Shown here: piece after piece, positions 50,401 through 63,469 of the stretch
Layout: each line of letters starts with the position of its first letter
Position numbering within the stretch: position 1 is the stretch's first letter
Assembly: GCF_006345805.1 (NCBI RefSeq)
Contig: NC_042999.1
Coordinates: 83,514,001 to 83,578,000 of the forward strand
Length of the DNA stretch: 64,000 bases
Origin: Octopus sinensis
Taxonomy: Eukaryota
Direction: 5' to 3'
Translations under genes and position numbers: made by a program
Notes under the pieces: model-generated
Told to the model about the DNA's origin: nothing
Seen by the model: the letters and a program-made list of their open reading frames with translations, nothing else
Databases searched by the model: none

Positions 50401-53400
50401 CATGTGGCACCTGACATGCTCGAAAATCTGACCCTTAACTATCAAATCCTTCATTTTGCCCAAATTCAGACGGAAAACCCTAGCAACGATGTCGTGTCGA
50501 TGGGTGTGAGATTGACCCGGGAGGATTTCGCGAGTGATTTCGTCGCAGCTGGGATTGCACGTGTAGGTGATAAAGAGGTCCGGCCGGCCGTAAATGCGCA
50601 CGTAGGTCAAGGCGTCTTGGGTCCTTTCACGCATATATCGCGGTCCTCCCGTGAAGGTGGAGGTAGAATGCATGGCTTGCCGATGTTGCGAGGGTCATTT
50701 CCTTGTTGCAAACCGTCACGGAGATGAATGTAGGAGTCGGAGCGAAGTTTGGTCTGATTAAGTTTAATGTATAGCAGCCTTTCCGATTCCATTTTTGCGG
50801 CCATGTCGACGGCGAACTGGTTGAATAGCTGACGACAACGGGGCAATAAGTTGAACTCACCCTCCCTGACCATGAACCGGTATGAGTAGAACGCCCTGCA
50901 GGAAACCGTCTTTGATGCCGCAGTAGTTTGATTGGAGGGCTGCCGTAAAGGAATTCCGAAGTGGTAGCCGTCTTCCCCATAAGGGAAAAGCAATGGATAC
51001 TGAAGCGCGTCATAAGATCTGTGAGTCTCGCTGATCCTGTGTAGGTTGTTACCACGGGAGGAGATGATTATGTCACGGCTGTTGTGTTGCTCTCCGTGTA
51101 TAACTGCGGCAATTTCGTTGCACGCAGGTGCGTTGAAACGGCGTTCGTGCTCCCCGTGGGGTCGTTTATCAGCATCAATGACAACGGTGAAGTTTGGAGA
51201 AGGAGCACTGTCCAAGGCATATCTGAAGCTGCAGACGTAGCTGTTGATATCATGAAGCATGGTTTGGAGACGGAGAAGAATGTCTTTGCGGGGAACATAG
51301 CTTGTACCCAGTATTATTCCAAGGCGTGCATCAACCTGGTGGTTGTAGTCGGCAATGAAGTATATTTGGAGGAAAGAAGACTGCTGAATCTCGTCTGGCA
51401 GAAGTGACCCAATAAGATGGTAGACCTGTCCCTGCACTTTGAAAGTAGGCATCCAGCCTTCTCTGGGAGGAATTTTGGCCCCGAAAGAGGTCATTTGGAA
51501 TGAGCAGTTGTACTTTCGAATTATTTCAAGGAATTGTGACGAATCGGGGGTTAAACCCGCCGCGAGATCCTTCAGTGGTTGAGGTGGTTCCCGTAGGGGT
51601 GGCAGGTCCACTTTGCCACCAGAGCAGCACAAACCAGGTGGCTCTCCGGGCCATTTCTTGGCTTTGCAAAACTGGCATACAATTGTCATTGACCCTATCT
51701 TGATGTCGTCACGCAAGGAGAAGTTAATTGTGGCGTCGTAGTTGAATGCTAGTGACAACCAGAAAGCGAGGGCAGGGGTACGTACACCACGAATGATATC
51801 CCGACGTTTGTTGATACTCTCAAGTCGAGTGCACCGTGCCTCAGCAGATTCAGATGCACGTGCGACAGCGGTAGCAGTGGCATCCCTTGAAAGCCTTTCA
51901 GCTCTCGCCTCAGCACCCTCTGAAGCCCTAGCAGAAGCAGTGTTAATGCCATGTCTGGATGTCCGAATAGTCCGTTGGTGTGGAGTTTCGGCAGATCGAG
52001 CCCTGGCTGTGTTTGCGGCGTTAGCAGCTTGGCGAGCTCTCCTCTGTTGAGGTGTTTCGGCAGCTTTGGCCATGGCTTTGTTTGCGGCGTCAGCATCTTG
52101 GCGAGTTCTCCTCTGCTGTGAGGTTTCGACAGATCGTGTCCTGGCAGTGCTAGTGGCGTTAGCCGCATTCCAAATGGCCCTTTGTTCGGGGTTCTCGCGA
52201 GCTCTGCGGATGGAAGCACAGTAAGAAGCCCGCATGTTTTGGCTGGACTGTTGCTCTTTCGTCAACCTCGAGCGGAGGGAAGATCTGTACGCTGCGACCC
52301 TTGCAAGTCGGGTAGAACGGTCGCTAGTAGTTTCAGATGCCTGAGCAGCGGCATAACGGGAAGCTGTTTGCGAGAGGCGCAAGGCGGTTTCCTCGTGGGT
52401 CTCGCGTGCCCTTCTAGCCCTAGCAGCCGATGCCTTGGCCGTCCGAGGGCTGAGGAGGGTCCTTCTCTTCTTGGGTGGCATTTTGGTGGATAGCAATGTG
52501 TTTGGCAAAGGTGTAATAAAAAGGAACACGTGGGGTAAGTATTTTGGTGGATAGCAATGTGTTTGGTAAAGGTGTAATAAAAAGGAGCTCGTGGGGTAAG
52601 TATCCGAAAATGTATAAAAATGTACAAAAACGGCCAAAAAGCTGGCAGCAATGTGAGTGACAACAACGAAAAAGTCAAAAGTGATCAAACTGAACAAACG
52701 AAAGGAAAAGTTTTTTGATGCACACGACAAAAGTGGTTTATAATAAACCAAGAGTTTGCAAGTAGCGTCCGAGGACCGTTAGGGTACGTCAAAAATTGAA
52801 GGTAAAACGTTTGGGGTGGTAGTTATAAAGAAGTTTAAACCCAAAAAGTATTCGAATAACTTGCGGCTGCAGCAGCTATTAGCAGAAGTGGCGGTGTTGG
52901 GGGTAAAGTCTCGAATGTAATTTCTTCCTGGTAGGAATTGGTTGGATCGAATTATCGATAGCTAAAAAGGTCAAGTTGCGTCCCCTAGACAGTCTGGTTT
53001 GTGTTTAATACACAAATTTGTTTGCTATGTGTGCCACATATGATTAAATTAACCGATTTTTTCCAATAATGTATCCTATTGGAATAAAAAGGGCTATATA
53101 GCTCCTTGGAGCAGACATGATGCTCGTTGTGAAAAAAAAAAAGATTCCTGCCAATTTGTGAAAGATATTGTCGAAAATATGTCATCTTGAATTTGAACGC
53201 GATTTCCCAAAATGGCATGATTTTATCGATTGTTTCTGATGGTAAGGTATTGCATGGAAAACTAACGTCAGAATTGAGTTTCTTAGGGTAACATTAAGCT
53301 TCACCATGAGTTTGGTGAAAATCGATTGCAAGTTGTGAAAACTACCATAGATAATGCGTTGCATAAAAAAAGCTTAGATTCTCGAGTTGCGTCCCCTAGA

Positions 53401-53632
53401 CAGTCTGTGGTTCATGTTTATGATTCTCGACCCCATGTCGAATTTATCAATTTTTTTCAGAACTGGGGGAACTTTTCAAAATTTTCGCTTCGTTAGTTTT
53501 GAATTATGACATTGGGCTATGTGTGTGTCAAGTTTCATCAGAATCGGTTGAAAGCCGTGGTCAGGGTGAGGGTACGAGAAAACAGACACACAGAAGCACG
53601 TACAGACAAACTGCCGTTTATATATAGAGAGA
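47487..53632 (-). mobile_element. Full-length Helitron (6,146 bp)
   Basis: 5' end A|TCTCTCTATATATAAAC at 53632. 3' hairpin CCCGG-GCAACG-CCGGG (47499-47514) lies 8 nt before CTAG|T (47487-47490). Rep/helicase ORF inside; (TA)-rich tracts on both flanks. Confidence 0.95.
47609..52481 (-). pseudogene. Helitron Rep/PIF1 helicase, 1,623 aa after correcting three 1-bp indels
   Basis: From ATG 52481 (MPPKKRR): Zn-finger-like CQFC...CC; Rep motifs PDLFITYTCNP, VEWQKKGLPHAHIL (HUH), YVCKYINKG; PIF1 motifs DAPGGTGKTF, IVWDECTM, GDFRQTLPV, RAILAPKN, AMSINKSQGQTL, HGQLYVGCSRV. Indels at ~50661, 50348-50351 and 49575-49580. Confidence 0.92.
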
Positions 53633-53635
53633 TAC

Positions 53636-53722
<87 letters not shown>

Positions 53723-53726
53723 ATAC

Positions 53727-53759
<33 letters not shown>

Positions 53760-53806
53760 CATATATATTATATATACATATATTATATATATACATATAT
53801 ATATAT

Positions 53807-53880
<74 letters not shown>
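53633..53880. repeat. (TA)-rich tract flanking the Helitron 5' end; matching tract at 47220-47486
   Basis: Directly visible. Confidence 0.95.
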
Positions 53881-53881
<1 letters not shown>

Positions 53882-54477
53882 TTATAACTCAACCGTATGA
53901 ATTATACGTGCGTATGTATCCATGTGTGTGTGTGTGTGTGTTTAGGGAGACAGAGTAAAAGAGAGAGAGAGAAAGAGAGGGTTAAGAAAAGAAAGAGGTA
54001 TCTATTAATTTATTGATGTCTTGCTAAGATCGTGAATACTAACGATGGTTCATCAGGTGTTCTTATGGTGAAGGGGATTTATTTAATATTCCGAAGCAAG
54101 AAAGTAACAAACCATTATCTTGAATTGGCAACAACGTTATAACACCTGAGTTAATGCATTATAATATTTACTTCGTCTTTCTACCTACTAAATTTAAATC
54201 TTCCTGCGGTGAAGATCGATAAGAAAAATAGTAACGGCAAGCGTAATGCTGTAGATCGTAACAAATATACTCACTCCATCGCAAAATTTACTATCGTGTC
54301 TAGACAGTTTTGTTCTTGTTGTTGTTGTTTAGCCTCAGGCCGTTTTGATGGAACAGATTTTATTTTTTTATTGAAAGATGTATCAGCCATAGCTGAGCAG
54401 TCGTTTTGCATGTCTGTGAGTAAATTGTCCGTGAAATTACTTACTCACAGTCGAAGAATGTAATTTGACGGTACTTT

Positions 54478-54660
54478 GTCTCTCCATCAAATTGACGTTG
54501 TCTGAACAGGTACATTGTGAACCACGCGTCAGGTGTCGAAGTAGTCGCAGAGTGACGTGAGATGAAGAGTGTTTTCTCAAGGACACGACGCACCACCCGG
54601 TCCAGGGATTGAAACCACGATCTCGCAATCGTGAGTCCAATACCCTAACCGCTAGGTCGA
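54478..54660 (-). mobile_element. SINE with family D head
   Basis: Similar to 46940-47127. Confidence 0.75.
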
Positions 54661-54762
54661 TCATTGGTTTCTTATTATGTCTGTTTTTTTCTCTTTTCGT
54701 TTTGAATATTTTTGTTACTGTTACATTTGGTTTAATTTTGACTTCTCAAAAGCTATTAATAT

Positions 54763-55168
54763 TTCTTTTCTACTCTAGACGCAAGGTACGAAATTATTTT
54801 TGTGGGGGGAGGAGCCAGCCGATTAGATCGATATCAGTACGCAACTGGTACTTAATTTATCGAATCCGAAAGGATGAAAGGCAAAGTCGACCTCAGCGGA
54901 ATTTGAACTTAGAAAACAGACGAAATACCTATTTCTATTTCTTTACTACCCACAAGGGGTTAAACACAGAGAGGACAAACAAGGACAGACAGACGGATTA
55001 AGTCGATTACATCGACCCAGTGCGTAACTGGTACTTAATTTATCGACCGCGAAAGGATGAAAGGCAAAGTCGACCTCGGCGGAATTTGAACTCAAAACAT
55101 GTAGACAGACGAAATACTGCTAAGCATTTCGCCCGGCGTGCTAACGTTTCTGCCAGCTCGCCGCCTTA
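54763..55168 (-). mobile_element. Composite family A SINE with 15-bp TSD
   Basis: Head plus two units. The TSD AAAAGCTATTAATAT is at 54748-54762 and 55169-55183. Confidence 0.9.
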
Positions 55169-55877
55169 AAAAGCTATTAATATTATCTCTAAAGAAATAC
55201 AGATTTAACCGCGGATTGAAACCACAACCCAGCTATGTACTATCACGAAAGCCTCGACACAGTTGCTCGATCTGCGAACCTTACCGTTTTTAAAAGTGGG
55301 AATATATCTCGGATAAAATAATACGAAATATGTTATATAAGACAAGAAGATAACATGTCAGCGAGGTCTCTCGAATAGCATGTACCTTAACTCAGCCATA
55401 TATGCAAGCACAGTTAGAGACTATTAGGCTCTAAAACAGCAATGTAAGTTCTCTAGAAATTTTACAAAGTACCCATATCAATCCAAACCTTAACATTTAC
55501 AAACAATCTAGAAAAATACAAGACTTTCAAGAAAAATAACAATAACACTAATGAGAACAATGAAAACAAGAAACATTGTAATCTTGTTTCCTATCGTCAC
55601 AGGTTCGCACACATTACATTTCAAACTAAACACTTTGAATCACAAAAATAAAGTTTGTAATGATAACACAAATATCTAAATATTTTCCAGTACGACACCA
55701 ACAATATTACATGAGAGTAAAAGTGTATGGTATCACTCTCGATATTCATGTAGCAATAATTTTGAAAACATCTTCACCGACGATAGACCGAACAACAATC
55801 ACACCAGATATGTAAATTAAACCTGATACATCTTTTCAAACGTGACAGGATCTTGTAACATGTCTTTTTTAAAATAA

Positions 55878-56222
55878 TTTTTACTTGTTTTAGTTATCAG
55901 ACTGTGGCCATGCTGGAGCACCGCATTGAAGAATTTTTAGTCGAATGAATCAACCCTAGTACTTAAATTTCTTGCTAAGCCTGGTACTTGTTCTATCGGT
56001 CTCTTTCGTCGAACAGGTAGGTTACGAGGAGTAAATAGATCAAAACTGATTGTCAAGCGGTGGTAGGGGACAAGCACAGACACAAAGGTAGACAGACAGA
56101 CAGACACACACTCACACATATATACGACGGAAGACACCTACACAAGGTGTCAAGCAGTGGGACTGAACCCGGAACCTTGTGGTCAAGAAACAAGCTTCTT
56201 ACCACACAGCTACTTCTGCGCC
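55878..56222 (-). mobile_element. SINE family B
   Basis: Reverse complement of the family B consensus. Confidence 0.8.
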
Positions 56223-56437
56223 TATATATAAACCAATTTTCATCCAGTATATAGATATTAACATATTGCATTCAAAAACTACTAGGAAACGGCTTGAAAA
56301 GCAGGTTTTCAAAATAACAATCGTAAAAATACAACAGTACAAAGCAGATTAATATAATTAGCATAATGTACCAATAGCGACCGCCGTGACTGTCCTACCA
56401 CGTTAGCTAGTCTGTTGGGACAAATAGTAGTCACACA

Positions 56438-56832
56438 AGGCGGCGAGCTGGCAGAAACGGTAGCACGCCGGGCGAAATGCGTAGCCGTATTTCGTCTGCC
56501 GTTACGTTCTGAGTTCAAATTCCGCCGAGGTCGACTTTGCCTTTCATCCTTTCGGGGTCGATAAATTAAGTACCAGTTACATACTGGGGTTGATGTAATC
56601 GACTTAATCCGTTTGTCTGTCCTTGTTTGTCCCCTCTGTGTTTAGCCCCTTGTAGGTAGTAAAGAAATAGGTATTTCATCTGTCTATACGTTCTGAAGTT
56701 CAAATTCTGCCGAAGTCGACTGAGCCTTTGATCATTTCGGTGTCGATAAATTAAGTACCAGTTGCGTAGTCGGGCCGATCTAATCGACTAGACCCCTCCC
56801 CCAAAATTTCGAGCCTTGTGCCTAGAAAAGAA
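56438..56832 (+). mobile_element. Composite family A SINE (head plus two units)
   Basis: Same layout as 54763-55168 in the opposite orientation; no clear TSD. Confidence 0.85.
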
Positions 56833-56849
56833 TTGTCTGCGCAAATATA

Positions 56850-58640
56850 CACCATCCAACTATCAGACATTAACACTCTCACAACCACCCCTAATGCATT
56901 ATCACTTGGTTTTTAATTAGAACACTCAACAAGAGGTAACATAATAACATCACAGCAAAAATCTCTGTACACTTTCAATTAGCCTCACCAACACATATAC
57001 TTAGTTCGTAAGCCAGCTACAACAACATATCCCCATGTGTTATTTTTCTGTTCTAGCTATAACAACCACATGACAGATAATCAACCAACTCACCTCGAAC
57101 AGTCTACCTTTTATCATCGCTACAAATTCGTAACTGAAGACACATTTATAAATTTCAGCGAAGCACAATGGAACGAGTTCTTCAAAAAGAAAAAAAAGGA
57201 CTTCCGTTTTTTCAGATTTCAACAACGCGAAAGGAAAGCAACCACCACAGACACTGCTATATATACTTTAACAAAATAGTTACAGATGTATCTAAAAACA
57301 TATCTTAAGAAATTAAACATAACCTCAGTTTAAAACATCATAACTTCCGACCTCTGAGGAAAGTAGAGACAACTTTAATAATTGCACCGAATCAAAACCT
57401 GACTAAAATATATCTCGGTGTCAAATAACTAAAGAAGGAAGTAAGAAAAGAACCTAAATAAATAAATCATAGAATAGCAGAAATCATTGGAAAACATTTG
57501 TGTCCAACTAAAATTAACAATAAAATACTATATAAAAATAATGAACATGATCCACGGCACCACCAGTCACGTCACACCCAAAGAACAACCCCGGAAAATA
57601 TGCCTTCCTTGCATTATCAAACAAACGCTTTGATCAATGATTTTCGAAAATCAAACACTAAAATTGCATAAAGAGGAAAAACATGTCATAGCAAAAATTC
57701 CATCTGGTCTATTGAAAAGGTAATACAGGAATCTAAAGCAAAAGCCTCAAAGACAGACAGAATCAGAAACATACACCTGAAACACATAAGTATCAAAGTA
57801 AAGTAAATTAAAGTCCATTTACCAATATCTAGAACTAACATTGCCAACTCTGCCACACTCCCACAATCCGGAAGCTGAGGAAAATTATAATCATCAAACA
57901 CCCCCTCTCTTCCGTCCCCTTCCTCCTCCAAAAAAAATTGAAGTGATATAATGTCATATGGGTCTAATATCCTCGTATGCAGACACTCAGAAATAATCCT
58001 TAGAATGCTAATTTTTAACATCACTAACCGGTATACAAAAGTTCGAATTTCAACACGGACTTATCCACCGCAGTGGCCATAAACTTAACTAAAAGCATAT
58101 GGCGTAAAAAATCAAAAACAAACAAACAAACACTCTCATAATACTATTTTACATCGCTGCCAGCAAAGCTTTTAACTTTGTTCCTAGCAAGCAGTCTACT
58201 AATACTCATATGAAACAAACGCAACACATATTTAAGAAAAAACACAACGTACTGACTGACTAGCAATCTACCTATCAAACCTAAGTAATTCTGAGATACA
58301 ACACTTTTCTCACCCACGATTTTCAATCGATACCAATATAACCCGCCGCATTCCCAAAATCCCTAAAAGAAAACCCCCCATTCTCTAGAGCACCTCGAAA
58401 CCTGACTCCACAACTTAAGACAGCTGCTACCAAGTCCACTGTGTCTACTTCTTACTAGCAGGACCAGAGAACATCAAATACAATGAACAATATAAACATA
58501 ACACACGCATACATAAGACAAAAATCCCAGGAGTTACCATACAACTTAACATCATTCGAAACAGCATAGAAGACAAGTAAAGAAAGCAACATGATCTAGA
58601 GCATTCACAGGAAGAAACAAGAACTATGGTGCACATGGAC
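56850..58640 (+). mobile_element. Heavily decayed LINE ORF2 (I/Jockey-like reverse transcriptase)
   Basis: Colinear broken motifs TFINFSEAQWNEF, ASKTDRIRNIHLKH (APGPDxI-like), FQHG, SKAFNFVP (KAFDxV-like) and KIPGVT (KILGV-like), with strong C/A strand skew. Confidence 0.6.
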
Positions 58641-58800
58641 TAGATCTATTATTAAATATGTTAGTCCAACATGAGCTACTAATCTTACCGCTACGATTAA
58701 AAATAAAGTTGGACGGATACAAAACAAGGGTGTGTGTATAGGTGCGCGATGTGCTTGTATGCATTTATACTTTGTATGTATCTGTACGCATGCACATATA

Positions 58801-59032
58801 TATTTCTTTACTAGCCACAAGAGGCTAAACACAGAGAGGACAAACAAGGACAGACATAGGTATTAAGTCGATTACATCGACCCCAGTGCGTAACTGGTAC
58901 TTAATTTTATCGATCCCGAAAGGATGAAAGGCAAAGTCGACCTCGGCGGAATTTGAACTCAGAACGTAACGCAGACGAAATACCGCTAAGCATTTCGCCC
59001 GGCGCGCTAACGTTTCTGCCAGCTCGCCGCCT
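58801..59032 (-). mobile_element. Monomeric family A SINE with 22-bp TSD
   Basis: TATCTGTACGCATGC(A/G)CATATA at 58779-58800 and 59033-59054. Confidence 0.92.
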
Positions 59033-59589
59033 TATCTGTACGCATGCGCATATATCCGACGGACTCACGCAGAATTCTCGTCTACCAAAGTTCTCGCACC
59101 AAAATTTGGTCGGCTTGAAGCTATAGCAGACGACGCTTGACTAAGTTGCTGTACTATGGAACCAGATCGAACTTGAAACCACTTGTTTGCGAAGTAAGCT
59201 TCTTAACCACGCTACTTTACTCGTTCCAGATTTCTAAGAATGCTGAACCATTTCACCTAATCGAACATCATCAATATTTTCAACTATCTTTAGTGCATAT
59301 AATTACCTATTTCAACAACTATAGCGACAACTACAACAACAATTGAAACCTCCTACAGATTTACAGACGTTACTAAAAATGAAAAATCTATTTGATTGTC
59401 TGCTGGGTATTTGTGTAGTGATTTTGTTTAAGTAAACAAATAAGCAAACATATAAATCAAGAATAGATTGTGAATAGTTTTGGCCGGTACGAAAGAAGTG
59501 GCTTTCTTGAAAATGGTATTTATTCGTTTATTCATAGAAATAATGTTTATAAATAGTATTGTATATACCGTTACTAACAGATTTCAAAA

Positions 59590-59653
59590 AGCCACGGAAA
59601 TAGCCGTATGAAAATATTAGCCACGGAAATAGCCGTATGAAAATATTAGCCAC
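59590..59653. repeat. 29-bp tandem duplication
   Basis: AGCCACGGAAATAGCCGTATGAAAATATT twice, plus AGCCAC. Confidence 0.95.
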
Positions 59654-60467
59654 TATCTATCGTTTCAGTAAATAACAACACGCAATCTTCGTGAAATGAT
59701 TAGCTACTTACTGAATAAGAAAGTGCTGTATATTGTTATTTTTGGTTTATTTGTAAGGGTAGAATTAGAGAAGTTTGATCGAAGTGACACCAGAAAAATA
59801 CGGGTATTCGTTTTAACCGACTTTAAAGAGTAAAAGGCAAATCTAAAGCCAGAGTAGTAACGAAAGTAAAGAGCGTTTCGTTTCGTTCGCTATTTCACTA
59901 TTTCATTCCATTATCATTAGAGTAACCCATGTACTTATTAATTTTTTCGCCTTGCTCAAAGTCCATTACCAAATATTTTTAATTAAACTACAAATTGTTA
60001 TCGGTCCTTTGAGAAAAATACAGAAAGTAACTCCTGTTTATTGATAATTTGAATTCATATAAATATGACAAGATTCTGTCGGAGAGCTTACTAAAATCTA
60101 TATATGAACTCAACTGAGATATCAGAATAGTATTGAATCAAACAAAATGTGTCTAAAGCTCTAAAAAGAACGAAATAATGAAAACGAAGAACATTAAATT
60201 TGATTTAAACATCGAAATCATAGAATTAGAAACGAACCACTCTTATAAGTTCATAGGAGTAGCGAATCTGATATGATACAGAGCATTGCAGAAGAGTCAG
60301 ATTAATATTTAACTAACCAAGTGTTAGTGATAAGATATTAGGTTATTACCATCATAAACAACAGCTTAAATATAATTCAGAAATTAAGATAGGAATATTA
60401 GAACTGTTGACTTGTATTTCATACTCATTGCTCTGAATATGATAAACGAGATAGCCCTGCCACTAGC

Positions 60468-60508
<41 letters not shown>

Positions 60509-60531
60509 CATACATGTACACAAACATTTCT

Positions 60532-60947
60532 TATTTCTTTATTGCCCACAAGGGGCTAAGCATAGAAGGGACAAACAAGGACAGACAAACGGATTAAGCC
60601 GATCATATGGACCCCAGTGTGTAACTGGTACTTAATTTATCGACCCGAAAAGATGAAAGGCAAAGTCGACCCCGGCGGAATTTGAACTAAGAACGTAACA
60701 GCAAACGAAATACCTATTTCTTTACTACCCACAAGGGGCTAAACACAGAGGGGACAAACAAAGACAGACAAAGGGATTTAGTCGGTTACATCGATCCCAG
60801 TGTGTAACTGGTACTTAATTTATCGACCCCGAAAGGATGAAAGCAAAGTCGACCTCGGCGGAATTTGAACTCAGAATGTCGCGGCAGGTGAAATACCGCT
60901 AAGCATTTCGCCCGGCATGCTAACGTTTCTGCCAGCTCGCCGCCTTT
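60532..60947 (-). mobile_element. Dimeric family A SINE with 17-bp TSD
   Basis: TGTACACAAACATTTCT at 60515-60531 and 60948-60964. Confidence 0.9.
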
Positions 60948-61716
60948 TGTACACAAACATTTCTACATATACACACGCAAACAAATGGCGGGAAGGATAG
61001 AATAAGAAAATAATTATTTCTTAGGTCTGACTGTTCTCTAACAACGACAATACCTCGCTCAGAACGTTTAATCGAACAGAAGTATGTGCTGGGTATGTCA
61101 CAGTATTTGTCAAAGTTCAAAATCACCTCCAACTGAACATCCGCATTCAATCTTTAATTAATTTTAATTTTATTTTCACAATTGTCTCCCTTGTCTTGAT
61201 CGAAATTAATCACCAGTGTCAAGTTTTTTTTTCTCCTCACTACAAATGTAATAATACTTAATTGAAGTTTCTTGGCTAACTATAGTATTTTAATACCAGC
61301 TTAAATTACACAAAAAATGCCACAAAGGTTAAAAATAAAATAAAAACACTCGGAAGCACACAAAAGTAGACTGAATGGTATAAACTAGAAGCAAAAAAAA
61401 AAAACAACAACAAAAAGTAAAAGAACAACAACAAACAAAAAGTAAGAAAGAAAAGAATGAAATTTAAAGTAGGAAAACAGACGGTGACAAAATGATAAAG
61501 ACAAATGGAAAGAAAATTTTTCCATACAGTGCGTCTTGCCAGACCAGACGGGGAGGAAGTCTAATGGTGACGTTAACATTTTGGCAGGAATCGGAAAGCA
61601 TGATTATAATTACACAAGATCAAGGTCTAGTCACACGCAAATACCAAGAAGAAATTGTTAAAATGTTAACGCCACAGGCTAGCTCTGCAATACATACATA
61701 TATATATATATATATG

Positions 61717-61747
<31 letters not shown>

Positions 61748-61796
61748 ATATTTACATACATACATAATACACATATATATATGTATTTATGCATAC

Positions 61797-61882
<86 letters not shown>

Positions 61883-62092
61883 TTATATTTTTTCATTTAT
61901 ACTTTAATTATTTAAAATTATTATTTTTATATTTTAAAATTTTGATTTTTTAGATTGGAAGTCCACCTGAAGATTGTCGATCAAGACAAGAAACGATTGT
62001 AGTGGCGGTTTTTTTGACTATTTATTAAAATTTTATGTATTGATTAAGTCTTTCCTTGTTTGTTTTGCAAAATAGTGGTTTTGTCTCTAATA

Positions 62093-62133
<41 letters not shown>

Positions 62134-62139
<6 letters not shown>

Positions 62140-62603
62140 TTAGCATCCCGCATATCCTGAGGGACTGTACCCTCTTCCCAGCACTGACACAGAAACTCAT
62201 GAAGGTGCCGAAGCAAGATGGTATTTTTACCGGCTTTGATGATCTCTGAGGGGTTGCCATCTCTTCCCGGAGCCTTGTTACTGGCTAGTGAGTCAATAGC
62301 CTTGGTGAGCTCTGCTATAGATGGCAGACTGTCAAGTTCGACAATGACTGGCAAGATCTTGACACCCTCGATTGCAGCCTCAGCTACCGTAGTCTCTCGT
62401 GAGTAGAGATCCTGGTAGTACTCCACCCATCTATCCATTTGTTTGCTTTGGTCTTTGATGAGATCTCCAGTAGTTGCTTTCAGAGTGGCTGACTTGGTTA
62501 CGGATGGACCGAGGGCCTTCTTCAAACCGGCATACATCCCACGGGTGTCGCCACTGTCAGCAGCTGACTGGATACTCTGACAGTTTTCCTGCCAATATTA
62601 GCA
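62134..62603 (-). mobile_element. RTE-clade LINE fragment (linker and RT N-terminus)
   Basis: GMYAGLKKALGP...QMDRWVEYYQDLY...ELTKAIDSLASNKAPGRDG...CWEEGTVPQDMRDANII, cut off by (TA)n. Confidence 0.85.
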
Positions 62604-62920
62604 ACTGGGAAGCAGTTGCCAGCAACCGTGGAGATTGGTGATGTACCGTAAAAGAGGGAACACAAGGAGTGACAAAAAGAGAGAGAGAGAGAGGAGAAAT
62701 GGAAAGACAGGAAAAGACGTCAACAAGAAACTATGGCATTACAACCAGCCAGGCAAAGTATTCGCTACATTTGCGGCACATGCCAGAGTGCCGCACATGC
62801 CAGAGTGTTTGTCCAGGATAAGACTACACAGCCACAGCAGATGTATTAGGACATGAAATGTAAAAGCCGGACTAGATTATTCTATGCGCAACTCCATTGC
62901 CTCCCGAGATAAAAGGATGC

Positions 62921-62932
<12 letters not shown>
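62597..62932 (+). mobile_element. RTE-clade LINE 3' end with (CAA)n tail
   Basis: WEAVASNRGDW; C-terminal CRTC...SRIRLHSHSRC; ends GGATGCCAACAACAACAA. Confidence 0.7.
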
Positions 62933-62964
<32 letters not shown>

Positions 62965-62967
<3 letters not shown>

Positions 62968-63270
62968 ATAGACGAATGTTGAGGTGGTTTGGCCACATGG
63001 AGAAGATGGATGAGGAGCGGATAGTAAGGAGAGTGATGAAGGCAGAAGTGGCAAGCAGCAGAACCAGAGGCAGACCTCGGTTTGTGTGGATGGATGGGGT
63101 TAGGAAAACTTTGGTGGTTAGAGGTGTTGGGGTGAGATAGGCAAGAGGGTTTATAAATGATAGGAAAGCTTAGAGAGTGTTTGTTGATGGATGAGTAAAT
63201 TTGATATTCCTCAAAGGAGTACGGAACCAGCATGATGCGGCGGGGAGTAAACTACCATATGCTGTCAGGC
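62965..63270 (+). mobile_element. 3' fragment of a second RTE-type LINE
   Basis: MLRWFGHMEKMDEERIVRRVMKAEV...RTRGRPRFVWMDGV. Confidence 0.8.
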
Positions 63271-63469
63271 CCCGCAGCTGATATTGGAGGTCGCGTTCTA
63301 TGCCTTGACCCGAGCATAGAACGGGGCTTCTTTCTTTGAGTTGAGAAATGAATGGAATGCCTGGTGTGTGTCTTGTTGTGGCTACCTCCTCCTAAAAAAT
63401 GGGGAATAGGCCTGGGTATATAAATATATATATACATATATGTATATATATGTGTATGTATATATATGT

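Noticed and set aside
47877-52493. Plus-strand ORFs overlapping the Helitron
   Set aside because: They are antisense shadows of the GC-richer Rep/helicase ORF, with no recognisable motifs.
52482-52751. 90-aa N-terminal extension of ORF 50607-52751
   Set aside because: It runs through the 61-bp tandem repeat and looks non-coding. MPPKKRR at 52481 is the more plausible start.
55400-55860. C/A-skewed segment as the endonuclease part of the LINE at 56850-58640
   Set aside because: The composition fits, but no convincing APE motif could be read.
59590-59653. Possible CRISPR-like repeat
   Set aside because: It is two adjacent 29-bp copies with no spacer, no cas genes and a eukaryotic context.
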